Positions 46,376 to 54,510 of a stretch of DNA of 64,000 bases are shown one piece after another. The stretch is taken from positions 85,125 through 149,124 of the forward strand of contig CAZOQA010000002.1 in assembly GCA_964581775.1 (NCBI GenBank), in the 5' to 3' direction. A program made the translations under genes and the position numbers. Below the pieces are notes generated by a model that saw only the letters and a program-made list of their open reading frames with translations, searched no databases and was not told where the DNA came from. This DNA comes from an uncultured Thermoplasmatales archaeon. GTDB taxonomy: Archaea > Thermoplasmatota > SW-10-69-26. The stretch's first letter is position 1; each line of letters opens with the position of its first letter.

Positions 46376-46948
46376 TCAGGCCGGGCCCGCATCCGCGCTC
46401 GGGGATGCCTCGGGGGCCTCTTCGCCGGCCTCGTGCACGACGCGCACGCGAGCATCCCGGCCCGTGTGCAGCTCCACCTCGCCCCGCCGATCCTTCGTGT
46501 ACAACCCGTCGAACCGGACGCGCGTGCCCGGGTCCACGCCCACCAAGGCACGGATGTGCTCGTCCCACAACGTCACCTCGTACACGCCCTCTTCGCCCCG
46601 CACACGCGCATCCGTGACGAAGCCCGTGGAGCCGTCCCGTTTCTCGAACGTGCGCGTAGGCTCCATGCCCAGAAGCTCCCCCTCCACGATGACCCCGTCC
46701 AAGCCCGCCTCGAGATCCTCCGGCGGCAGCATCTTCGCGTAGTCCGGCGCCACGAGGGGAGCCTCGGGCGCCACGCCCATCTCGTCCAACACGGTCAACG
46801 CGGCCACCTCCGGGTCCAGCAAGTCGCCGCTCTCGCCCACAAGCTTCCCCACGCGGTCCAGGAACTCGCGCTCGTCCACGATCTCCTTGGCCCGCTCGAG
46901 CGCCTCCTCGACCCCGGGTGGCATCCCGCGGAAAGGGTCCCCCGTCAC
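46376..46948 (-). CDS. single OB-fold (RPA-like) ssDNA-binding protein candidate
   Basis: 'RTFEKRDGSTGFVTDARVRGEEGVYEVTLWDEH' resembles the RPA/SSB OB-fold core. GTGA overlap with the upstream ParB-like gene. Confidence 0.55.
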   Translation of the reverse strand: MTGDPFRGMPPGVEEALERAKEIVDEREFLDRVGKLVGESGDLLDPEVAALTVLDEMGVAPEAPLVAPDYAKMLPPEDLEAGLDGVIVEGELLGMEPTRTFEKRDGSTGFVTDARVRGEEGVYEVTLWDEHIRALVGVDPGTRVRFDGLYTKDRRGEVELHTGRDARVRVVHEAGEEAPEASPSADAGPA

Positions 46949-47370
46949 GAGCGCTCCCTCCGGGGTCGAAGCTTGGCAAGCGGCGTGGCCTTCTGGGGGA
47001 TATCTCGAAGCGTACGGTGACGCGTGGTCTTGACGGGAAGAAGCTCGCCGGAGAGCCCTTTCTCGAGCAGGGCGTGCTTGTCCAGCGGCTCCCCGTTCTC
47101 CCAGCCCTCTACGCGGATCATGGGGTCCAGGTAGTCGACCAGGTGACAGGGGATAAGCCGGCAGCCGAGCTCGCCGAGCGCGTGGAAGCGGTGGTGTCCG
47201 TCGAGGATCACGCGGGTGCCTTCGTCCACGATGACGGGGTTGTAGATCATAGCGTCTTCGCGGATGGCTTCGCTCAGGCGTTTGACGCGGGCGGGGTCGG
47301 TCTCTTCGTGGGGGTGCAGGCGGCGTCGGGGCACAAGCGCGAACCGGGGGGGCGTCGTCAATCGGGCCAT
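46945..47370 (-). CDS. ParB/sulfiredoxin-fold (ParB-like nuclease domain) protein
   Basis: ORF 46945-48021 trimmed to ATG 47370. 'NPVIVDEGTRVILDGHHRFHAL' is the DGHHR core of ParB N-terminal-like domains. 141 aa. Confidence 0.65.
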   Translation of the reverse strand: MARLTTPPRFALVPRRRLHPHEETDPARVKRLSEAIREDAMIYNPVIVDEGTRVILDGHHRFHALGELGCRLIPCHLVDYLDPMIRVEGWENGEPLDKHALLEKGLSGELLPVKTTRHRTLRDIPQKATPLAKLRPRRERS

Positions 47371-47981
47371 CCTCCGACGCGCTTTTCCCCTTCGATGCGT
47401 CGAAGCCCCAGGGTGCGTCGCACGTCCGCGCTGATCATCTCGCCCCATGGGTACGTGAAGGCAGCCACGGTTCGGGGGGGCTCTTGGCGCAGAAGCGAGG
47501 TCAGGCGCTCGGAGAGGGATCGTCGCCGTCGTTTGGCCAGCGGGCCGACCTGGGCGTCGTCGAGCAGAGCGTCGAGGGCGGCTTTCGCGCGCGCTTCGGG
47601 GCCTTGCGCGTCGGTGCCTGTGGCGGTCCGTTTGATGCGTCGGGCTTTGACGAGGCCGACGCTGGAGCGCGAGCCGAGCGGGTGCACGTCCATCTCGCGT
47701 TCGCTGGCCCAGGACAAGAGCCGATCGTAGGGCTCGAGGGGGTCCTCGGCGGCGTGCTCCTCGACGGCTTCGAGGTGGGCTTTGAGGAAGGGGTCCTCCA
47801 TCTCGCTGGACCCGATGCGGCCGAGGTCCTCGACGGTGAGGTCCACGGCGAGCGTGTCCGGGTCCAAGCGGTCCAGGATCTGGATGAGCTGGCTGGCGGT
47901 GCCTTCGCCCCCGAGGACCATGTCGCAGGTCACGAACGTGACCTGGCCGACGTTCTGGTGGACGCGCATCCGGTGGGCCAT
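47358..47981 (-). CDS. hypothetical protein (weak TraB/GumN-like layout)
   Basis: 207 aa. 'VTFVTCDMVLGGEGTASQLIQILDRLDPDTLAVDLTVEDL' parallels the TraB N-terminal block, but without its GTAH residues. Overlaps the next gene by 13 nt. Confidence 0.4.
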   Translation of the reverse strand: MAHRMRVHQNVGQVTFVTCDMVLGGEGTASQLIQILDRLDPDTLAVDLTVEDLGRIGSSEMEDPFLKAHLEAVEEHAAEDPLEPYDRLLSWASEREMDVHPLGSRSSVGLVKARRIKRTATGTDAQGPEARAKAALDALLDDAQVGPLAKRRRRSLSERLTSLLRQEPPRTVAAFTYPWGEMISADVRRTLGLRRIEGEKRVGGWPD

Positions 47982-48050
47982 CCGGCCAGGGGGCTGAAAC
48001 GTTTGTGGTGTCGACCCGCAAGAGGTTGCATGCTTGCTGGTGGCGAAGTG

Positions 48051-48533
48051 TCAGGCGTCTTCGTCGTCGTGGAGCTGTTGGATCCAGTCGGGGTTCTCGT
48101 CGGCGTGCGCGACGAACGCGGCGATGCGTTCGAGCGTGGGCGCGTCGATGTGGTGCTCGATGCCTTCCGTGACGCGGTGGGCGGCTTCGTCGTCGATGCC
48201 GATCTGCTTGAGGAACGTGGTGACGAGGCTGTGCCTGCGGCGCAGGTCCTCGGCGAGGGTCTCGCCTTGGTCGGTGAGGGTCACGCCGCGGTAGCGCTCG
48301 TAGACGAGCAGGCCTTCGTCGTCGAGGCGTTGCACGGTCTTAGAGACGGTGGGCGAGGAGACGGCCAGGTGTTGGCTGATGTCGGCGATGCGCGCGTAGC
48401 CTTTCTGGATGATCAGCTCGTAGATGACCTCGATGTAGTCCTCGACCCGGGGCGAGGGGCCTTCCTCGTCCTGGGCTTGCTGGTGTGCGCGCTTGAGATC
48501 GCGCAGCCGGTGTGCTTTGGGCCGCCGGGTCAT
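48051..48533 (-). CDS. DtxR/MntR-family metal-dependent transcriptional regulator
   Basis: 'VEDYIEVIYELIIQKGYARIADISQHLAVSSPTVSKTVQRLDDEGLL' (wHTH), followed by 'RRRHSLVTTFL...IEHHI', the metal-site helix region. Confidence 0.85.
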   Translation of the reverse strand: MTRRPKAHRLRDLKRAHQQAQDEEGPSPRVEDYIEVIYELIIQKGYARIADISQHLAVSSPTVSKTVQRLDDEGLLVYERYRGVTLTDQGETLAEDLRRRHSLVTTFLKQIGIDDEAAHRVTEGIEHHIDAPTLERIAAFVAHADENPDWIQQLHDDEDA

Positions 48534-48609
48534 CCACGCCCCGCATGCACCCGGGCACCTAAAGGCTCACGTGGGAGACCGTGTCGAGCCCGCGGCCCGG
48601 CCAGGAGGG

Positions 48610-49827
48610 TCAGATCGTGACCAGGAGCGCGGTCAGGTACATCACGACGAGGCCCACGAAGAACGCCACGAGGTTCAACGGCGTGCCGAGCCCCGCGTCC
48701 TCGGCCGTCATCACGCGGCCTAGCTCCCAGACGACCTGCACGATGGCGCCCACGCCGATGGCGAGGAACAGGGCACCGATGGTCGGGGACAGGGTCGAGG
48801 CGCCGATCCAGCCGCCCAGCACGACCGGGCCCCCCGCCAGGAGGGCCAGCAGCCCGAAGTGGTAAAGCGCCGGGCGTTCCCCTCTAGCCATGGGAGCCAC
48901 GACGGCGGGGCCTTCGGTCACGTTGTGCAGCATGAAGCCCAGGATGAGGAACGTGGCCAGCGAGGCTTGACCCAGCGCGTAGGTGCCGCCGATGGCGAGC
49001 CCCTCGGCCAGGTTGTGCAACCCGATGGCCAGCGCGATCAGGTAGGCCAGGTGCAACCCGTGCGGGGCTTGGCCCGCGCGGGTCCCGATGCGGCTTGCGG
49101 CTTGCACGAGCACGAGCGCGCCCAGCGCGCCGAGCACGACGAGCGCTTGGCCTTCGAAGGCGCCGGGGATGCGCTCGGTCATCTCGAGCGCTTCGAACCC
49201 GGCGTCGATGGCGAGGAAGACGAGGATGCCGGCTGCGAAGGCCAGGGTCGCGTGCACCCAGCGCGTCCCGATGGACCGAAGCGCGGGGTACCACGCCATC
49301 CCGATGCCAACCGGCACGATGCCGACCAGGAGCCCGATGCCGGCCAGGAGGCCCAGGCTTTCGGAGTCGAGGCCTTGCGTGGTTTGCACGCCGACGACCT
49401 CGTAGTCGATCTTCTCCCCGCCGTCGAGGAGCAGGGACATCTCCATCTCCGTGTCCGGGGACAGGGTCAGGTGGTAGGGAACGTGCACGCGGGCTCCCTC
49501 GCCCGCAGCGAGCGTGTTGGGACCGTCCCCCGTGGGTAGGAAGGGGAGCCGTGGCGTCTTCTCGACCGTGAAGTTCCAGTAGGCATCGTCCACGAACAGT
49601 TGCTGGATCGTGACCGCTTCGGGCCCGTTGTTGGTCACGTGGAGCACGACGGTCTCGCCGTCGGGGATCGTGTGGTGGCTGACGGTGACGTCGGGCGCGG
49701 CGCCGCCTCGTTCGAGCGCTGGCGCCATCGCGAAAAGGGCCACGAGCACGATCGCGAGCAGGCCCAGGGGGAGAAGGATCTGGCCCCATCGCGTCACGGT
49801 GGAGCCTTCGCGCTCGCGGGGGCTCAT
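48610..49827 (-). CDS. ZIP-family divalent metal transporter with N-terminal extracytoplasmic domain
   Basis: Start ATG 49827 (ATGA overlap with the oxidase stop). 'AIGLHNLAEGLAIG' and 'GFMLHNVTEGPAV' are ZIP signatures. About 125 aa of beta-rich domain follow the first TM. Confidence 0.85.
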   Translation of the reverse strand: MSPREREGSTVTRWGQILLPLGLLAIVLVALFAMAPALERGGAAPDVTVSHHTIPDGETVVLHVTNNGPEAVTIQQLFVDDAYWNFTVEKTPRLPFLPTGDGPNTLAAGEGARVHVPYHLTLSPDTEMEMSLLLDGGEKIDYEVVGVQTTQGLDSESLGLLAGIGLLVGIVPVGIGMAWYPALRSIGTRWVHATLAFAAGILVFLAIDAGFEALEMTERIPGAFEGQALVVLGALGALVLVQAASRIGTRAGQAPHGLHLAYLIALAIGLHNLAEGLAIGGTYALGQASLATFLILGFMLHNVTEGPAVVAPMARGERPALYHFGLLALLAGGPVVLGGWIGASTLSPTIGALFLAIGVGAIVQVVWELGRVMTAEDAGLGTPLNLVAFFVGLVVMYLTALLVTI

Positions 49828-51104
49828 TCGGTCACCTCGAAGAAGCTCATCCAGCCGAGCTCGGCGAACTCGGATTGGTGCGCGTGGAACATGTAGAGGC
49901 CGGGCTCGTGGTCGCTGTAGTCGAGCTCGATGATGCCGCGCTGGGCTTGCGTCTGCGTGATGGTGTCCACGTTCTTCTTGGTGGGCAAGAGCGTGGTGCC
50001 GTGGTCGTAGTAGTCGAAGAACTGGGAGTGGGAGTGGAAGCTGTTGATGGGGTCGAACTCGGTCACGTTGACGAGGTAGATGCGCACGGGGCGGTCTTTC
50101 TCGATGCGGATGGGGGCGCGGGTTTGGCCGGCTTGCCAGGTGCCTTTCCCGTCGGTGGATCCGACGCTGTAGCAGAACGCGCGCGTGTTCACGGCGTACA
50201 CTTCGTTCTCGCCGTCGAAGTTCGTGTCGAACCCGTTCATCATCATCACGAGCTCGTCGACGTCGTCGTTCTCGGCGTACTCGTGGTTGCGGGAGCGGGC
50301 GGTGTCGACGAGGTGGTCGGTGTACTCGCTGGTGAGGGGGCCGTGGTGGTTCGCGTACGCGCGGGGGTCTTCTTGGACGCGTTCGGGGTCGGGGTCGACG
50401 ATGAGGGTCCCGTACATGCCGCGGTGGATGTGCGCTTTGAGGGGGGCGGCGTGGCAGTGGTACAGGTGCACGCCGGCGGGGCGGGCGGGCCATTCGTACG
50501 TGAAGGATTCGCCGGGGTCGAGCACGCCGGGTCCGTTCTGGGGGACGCCGTCCATGATGGGGTCGGGGTTGACCAGGTGGGGGTGGATGGTGTGGGCGTG
50601 GCGGCTTCCGTTCTCGAACGTGATGCGCACGAGGTCGCCTTCGACGGCGCGCAGCGTGGGGCCGGGGACTTGCCCGTTGAAGGTCCAGGCGGGTACGGGC
50701 AGCTTGATGCCGGGGGCGATCTCGAGCTCGCGGTCGGTGGCGTGCAGGTGGAAGTGGCGAACGGTGCGTCCGTCCTCTTCGTAGACGCGTTGGTCGACGA
50801 TGTCTTGCCCGTCGTGGCCGGTGTTGAAGGCTCTCAGGTACTCGTGGGGGTCGAACGTGGTGGTCTCGTACTCGCCCACGGGACCCATGTTGCCGTGCGC
50901 GTGGGACCCGTCAGGTTCGTGGGAGGGGCCCTCCTGGGCGGAGGTGAGCCCGGTGAGGGCGGCGAGGAGCCCGCCTCCGGCCAGTCCGAGCCCTCCCAGG
51001 AGCTTGCGGCGGTCGATGTTCGCGTTCTCGTCGAGGCTGGAGCTGAGCCGTTGCTCGAGCCGGCGTACCGTGGCCTTGGCGTCGTCGGGTTGGAGGGGTC
51101 CCAT
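49824..51104 (-). CDS. Tat-exported two-domain multicopper oxidase (NirK-like cupredoxin pair)
   Basis: Twin-arginine 'NIDRRKLLGGLGLAG'. Copper-ligand contexts 'HAHTIHPH', 'LYHCHAAPLKAHIHRGMYG', 'SFHSHS', 'MFHAHQ'. Confidence 0.8.
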   Translation of the reverse strand: MGPLQPDDAKATVRRLEQRLSSSLDENANIDRRKLLGGLGLAGGGLLAALTGLTSAQEGPSHEPDGSHAHGNMGPVGEYETTTFDPHEYLRAFNTGHDGQDIVDQRVYEEDGRTVRHFHLHATDRELEIAPGIKLPVPAWTFNGQVPGPTLRAVEGDLVRITFENGSRHAHTIHPHLVNPDPIMDGVPQNGPGVLDPGESFTYEWPARPAGVHLYHCHAAPLKAHIHRGMYGTLIVDPDPERVQEDPRAYANHHGPLTSEYTDHLVDTARSRNHEYAENDDVDELVMMMNGFDTNFDGENEVYAVNTRAFCYSVGSTDGKGTWQAGQTRAPIRIEKDRPVRIYLVNVTEFDPINSFHSHSQFFDYYDHGTTLLPTKKNVDTITQTQAQRGIIELDYSDHEPGLYMFHAHQSEFAELGWMSFFEVTE

Positions 51105-51146
51105 GGTGGCACCGTGTGCGCAGACTACACCAGAGTTAGACGGCTC

Positions 51147-51157
51147 TAAATATATTA
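51147..51157 (-). promoter_or_regulatory. TATA box (TAAATATATTA) for the oxidase-ZIP operon
   Basis: Most AT-rich 11-mer in the window, about 48 nt upstream of ATG 51104. Confidence 0.5.
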
Positions 51158-51285
51158 GTTTGCATGAACATGGCTAGTGGAGGCCAACGACGCGGGCCTA
51201 CCTCTGCCTGTGATCATGGAAGAAGAGGAGAAGAAGAAGCCGCCCGGGGAGGACCCGGGCGCCAAGGGGAACCTTCAGGCGCGGG

Positions 51286-53754
51286 TCAGCACTCGCTGTA
51301 CCCGCACTGGTCGCACTTCACGCAGCCCTCCTTGAACACGAGCATCGCGCTGCAGTCCGGGCACTCCGGGCTCATGCCGCTTGAGACCATCTCGCGCACG
51401 CTCTCGTCCTCGGACCGGTGCTCCTTTTCAAGCTCCGTGTCCGTCTTCACGGGCACGCTCTCGCTGTTGGCGCCCGTGCCGGGGCCCTCGGCGAACGTGT
51501 CCACGCGGGCCTGGATGCTCTTGCGGAACTCGCCGCTGAGCTGACGGTTGAGCGCGGTGGCCATCGCGTCCGGCACCGAGTAGATGCGGTCCCCGTGGTC
51601 CCAGGCGATCTTGGGCGACCGGATGCCCTCGAGCTGCTCGACGACCTCCTCCACGTCGATGCCGCTTCGCAGGCAAAGCGACGCCAAGCGCGCCACGGCC
51701 TCCGTGAAGCTGGCCGTGTACCCGCCGCCGCGGCCGATCTGGGCGAACACCTCGAACAGGCCCCGCTCGTCCTCGTTGATGGTCACGTACAGGGACCCGT
51801 ACCCGGTCTCGATCTTCTGCGTGGTCCCCATCACGACGTCCGGGCGCGGGCGCGGCGTGGTCTGCGGCTGGCTGACCTCGGCCGGCGGGGAGGCCTGCTC
51901 GCGGGTCTCGGTCTCGGTGACCGTGGCCTGCGCGGTGGCCTCGGTCTGACCCGGGTCCGCGTCCGCGGCCTCGGCCTGGCCGTCGTCCCCGTCGTCGCTG
52001 ATCAGGATCCCTTCCCGCGAGGACTCGCGGTACACGGTGATGCCCTTGCAGCCTTGCTCCCAGCCGTACTGGTAGATCTCCTTGACCGTGTCCACGTCGA
52101 TGTCCTGGGGCAGGTTCACGGTGCTGGAGATCGCGCTGTCCACGTACTGCTGCAGCGTGCCCTGCATCTTGACGCGGAAGAACGGGTCGATGTCGTGCGC
52201 GGTGACGAAGAAATCCGGCAGCTGGCCCTCGTCACCGGTCGCATCCCGGTACTCCTGCACCAAGCGGTGCTCCACCTCGTACCACTCCTGGCTGAGGCTC
52301 TCGCTTCGCCGCTTGTACTTGAGCTGGAAGATGGGCTCGACGCCGCTGGTGGTGCCCGTGAGCACGCTCCCGGAGCCCACGGGGGCCACGGTGAGGACGC
52401 ACACGTTGCGAAGGCCCGTCTCCTGGATGCCCTCTCGCACGTGCTCAGGCAGGCGCTGGACGAAGGGCCGCTCGAGGTGCTTGTCCGCTTCGAAGAGCGG
52501 GAAGGGCTCCTTCTCGTCCGCGATGTCGATGCTGCCCTCGTAGGCCCAGTCGCGGATGCGCTCCATGAGCCCGTCGATGAACTCGATCGCTTCGTCCGTG
52601 TCGTACTTGATCCTCAACTTGGCCAGCATGTCGCCCAAGCCGGTCACGCCCAGCCCGACGCGGCGCGTTTTGCGGGCCTGCTCCGCCTGGTCCTCGTGCG
52701 CGTGCAGCGGCAGGTTGTACTCGACCACGTCGTCCAGGAAGCGGACCCCGGTCTTGACGGCGCGCTCGACGCCCTCCCAGTCCACGTGCGCGTCGTCGGT
52801 GAAATCATCCTCGACGAACCACGCCAGGTTCACGTGGCCAAGCGTGCACGCACCGTTGGACTCAAGCGCCTGCTCGCCGCAGGGGTTCGTGCCTTCGACG
52901 GGGGCGCAGTACTCGCTGGGGCTTTCCTCTTGCACGGTGTCCCAGAAGAGGATCCCGGGCTCGGCGCTCTTGTGCGCGCTCGAGATCATCTTATCCCACA
53001 AGCGCTCGGGGTCCACGGTCGCCTCGACGCGTCCGGTCTCCTCGCTCTCGTAATGCAGCGTGTAGGGTTCGTCGTTGCGCAGCGCTTCCATGAACGCGTC
53101 GTCGATCTTGACGCTGATGTTCGCGTAGCGCACCGAGTCCAGGTCCTCGCTTTTGATCTCGACGAAGTCCTCGATGTCGGGGTGCCAGACGGGGCACGAG
53201 ATCATGAGCGCGCCTCGGCGGCCGTGTTGGCCGATGGTGCCCGTGGTCGTGCTGAAAAGCTCCATGAAGCTGACGGCGCCGCTGCTGGTGCGGGCCGCGT
53301 TGTTCACGGGCGTGCCTTTGGGTCGAAGGATGCCGATGTCGACGCCGTTGCCGCCGCCGTAGGAGTAGGTGCGGGCGGCGGATTTGCACCAGTCGAAGAT
53401 GCCTTCGAGGCTGTCCTGCTCAATGCCGGTGTAGTAGCAGTTGGTGAGCGTCACGTCCCGCGGGTTGCCTGCGCCGTGCAGGATGCGCCCGCCTGGGACG
53501 AACTTGAAGTCCTCCAAGAGCCAGTAGAACTCCTCGAACCAGGTCTCTTGGTCGTCCTCGACGCTGGCCATCGCTTCGGCGACGCGCTCCCACATCTGCT
53601 GGGGATGCGTCTCGATGAGCCCTTCGTCCCCCGTCTCGAGCGCGTACTTCTCGATGAAGCAGCGTGCTTGCAGCTCGTCCCCGTCGAAGTAATCCAGAGC
53701 ATCTTGTGGAAGCTCGGTGGACGGCTCCTGTTGCTTCGTGACCACGCTTGGCAT
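51286..53754 (-). CDS. nrdJ: class II (adenosylcobalamin-dependent) ribonucleotide reductase
   Basis: 822 aa. 'EGTNPCGEQALESNGACTLG' active-site block, an acidic low-complexity linker, and a C-terminal Cys4 tail 'CPDCSAMLVFKEGCVKCDQCGYSEC'. Confidence 0.95.
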   Translation of the reverse strand: MPSVVTKQQEPSTELPQDALDYFDGDELQARCFIEKYALETGDEGLIETHPQQMWERVAEAMASVEDDQETWFEEFYWLLEDFKFVPGGRILHGAGNPRDVTLTNCYYTGIEQDSLEGIFDWCKSAARTYSYGGGNGVDIGILRPKGTPVNNAARTSSGAVSFMELFSTTTGTIGQHGRRGALMISCPVWHPDIEDFVEIKSEDLDSVRYANISVKIDDAFMEALRNDEPYTLHYESEETGRVEATVDPERLWDKMISSAHKSAEPGILFWDTVQEESPSEYCAPVEGTNPCGEQALESNGACTLGHVNLAWFVEDDFTDDAHVDWEGVERAVKTGVRFLDDVVEYNLPLHAHEDQAEQARKTRRVGLGVTGLGDMLAKLRIKYDTDEAIEFIDGLMERIRDWAYEGSIDIADEKEPFPLFEADKHLERPFVQRLPEHVREGIQETGLRNVCVLTVAPVGSGSVLTGTTSGVEPIFQLKYKRRSESLSQEWYEVEHRLVQEYRDATGDEGQLPDFFVTAHDIDPFFRVKMQGTLQQYVDSAISSTVNLPQDIDVDTVKEIYQYGWEQGCKGITVYRESSREGILISDDGDDGQAEAADADPGQTEATAQATVTETETREQASPPAEVSQPQTTPRPRPDVVMGTTQKIETGYGSLYVTINEDERGLFEVFAQIGRGGGYTASFTEAVARLASLCLRSGIDVEEVVEQLEGIRSPKIAWDHGDRIYSVPDAMATALNRQLSGEFRKSIQARVDTFAEGPGTGANSESVPVKTDTELEKEHRSEDESVREMVSSGMSPECPDCSAMLVFKEGCVKCDQCGYSEC

Positions 53755-53778
53755 TACAGAGTCACCTCGGTATGTTTC

Positions 53779-54228
53779 TTATTTCGCTGAGAGGTCGGCG
53801 AGCTCGCGGACGAACTGGGATCCGTCCGAGAACTCCTTGTACACGGATGCGAAGCGGAGGTAGGCGACCTCATCCTCCTCTTTCAGGCGTTCGCAGACCT
53901 TCTGGCCGATCACGTCGCTTGACACGGTGGCCTCGCGAAGGGACCGGATCTCCTCCTCGACGGCGGCGATGATCCCTTCCAGCCGCCCGTCGGTGATGGG
54001 CCGCTTCTCGCAGGCTCGTCGGATCCCTGCGGCGAGCTTGCCTCGATCGAACGGCTCGGTGGTGCCGTCCCGTTTCTCGACCTCGATGTGACGAAGTTGG
54101 GCCCGCTCGTACGTGGTGAACCGTTCCCCGCAGTCCAGGCATTCGCGGCGGCGTCGGACCGCGCGCCCGTCCTGGGTGTCGCGGGAGTCGACGACGCGGG
54201 TGGCTTCGTCACAATAGAGGCACTTCAC
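53779..54228 (-). CDS. nrdR: transcriptional repressor NrdR (zinc ribbon + ATP-cone)
   Basis: GTG 54228. '(M)KCLYCDEATRVVDSRDTQDGRAVRRRRECLDCGERFTTYE' followed by an ATP-cone ('VEKRDGTTEPFDRGKL...'). 24 nt upstream of nrdJ on the same strand. Confidence 0.9.
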   Translation of the reverse strand: MKCLYCDEATRVVDSRDTQDGRAVRRRRECLDCGERFTTYERAQLRHIEVEKRDGTTEPFDRGKLAAGIRRACEKRPITDGRLEGIIAAVEEEIRSLREATVSSDVIGQKVCERLKEEDEVAYLRFASVYKEFSDGSQFVRELADLSAK

Positions 54229-54273
54229 GTAGATCCCATCCCCTGGAAGGTGCTGCGACCCGCTGCCCTCAGG

Positions 54274-54324
54274 CCCTACATGTTGGGGGTCCGGGGGCGT
54301 GCGAGCACGATGTCTCGTATGCTC
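54274..54324 (-). promoter_or_regulatory. two inverted repeats between the TATA-like box and nrdR (candidate operator pair)
   Basis: GAGCA-n12-TGCTC at 54303-54324 and CCCtACATGTtGGG at 54274-54287. Centres are about 33 bp apart, immediately downstream (minus strand) of the AT-rich box at 54333-54340. Confidence 0.3.
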
Positions 54325-54332
54325 TCCCCCCT

Positions 54333-54340
54333 TTTTAATG
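54333..54340 (-). promoter_or_regulatory. AT-rich TATA-like box (minus strand ATTAAAAA) upstream of nrdR-nrdJ
   Basis: Only AT-rich octamer in the 282-nt divergent spacer, about 105 nt upstream of GTG 54228. Confidence 0.35.
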
Positions 54341-54510
54341 GACCTGGATTGGCTTCGCGTTCTTCGTTTGGAACGGGTGCCCATGGGGCCCCGACCGAGG
54401 CACGCCCGGCTTGTCAACCTCCTCCGCGGAGAGCACCGAAAGTACGCGCGCGTGGTGGAGCCCGCGCGCACCGCAACGGCTAAACCGGGCACCCGCCTAA
54501 ATCAAGCCCC

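Noticed and set aside
51105-51285. A DtxR/MntR operator palindrome in the oxidase-ZIP promoter region
   Set aside because: Only the TATA-like palindrome TAAATATATTA and a weak GTTTGCATGAAC segment are present. Neither matches a DtxR, IdeR or MntR box that I can recall.
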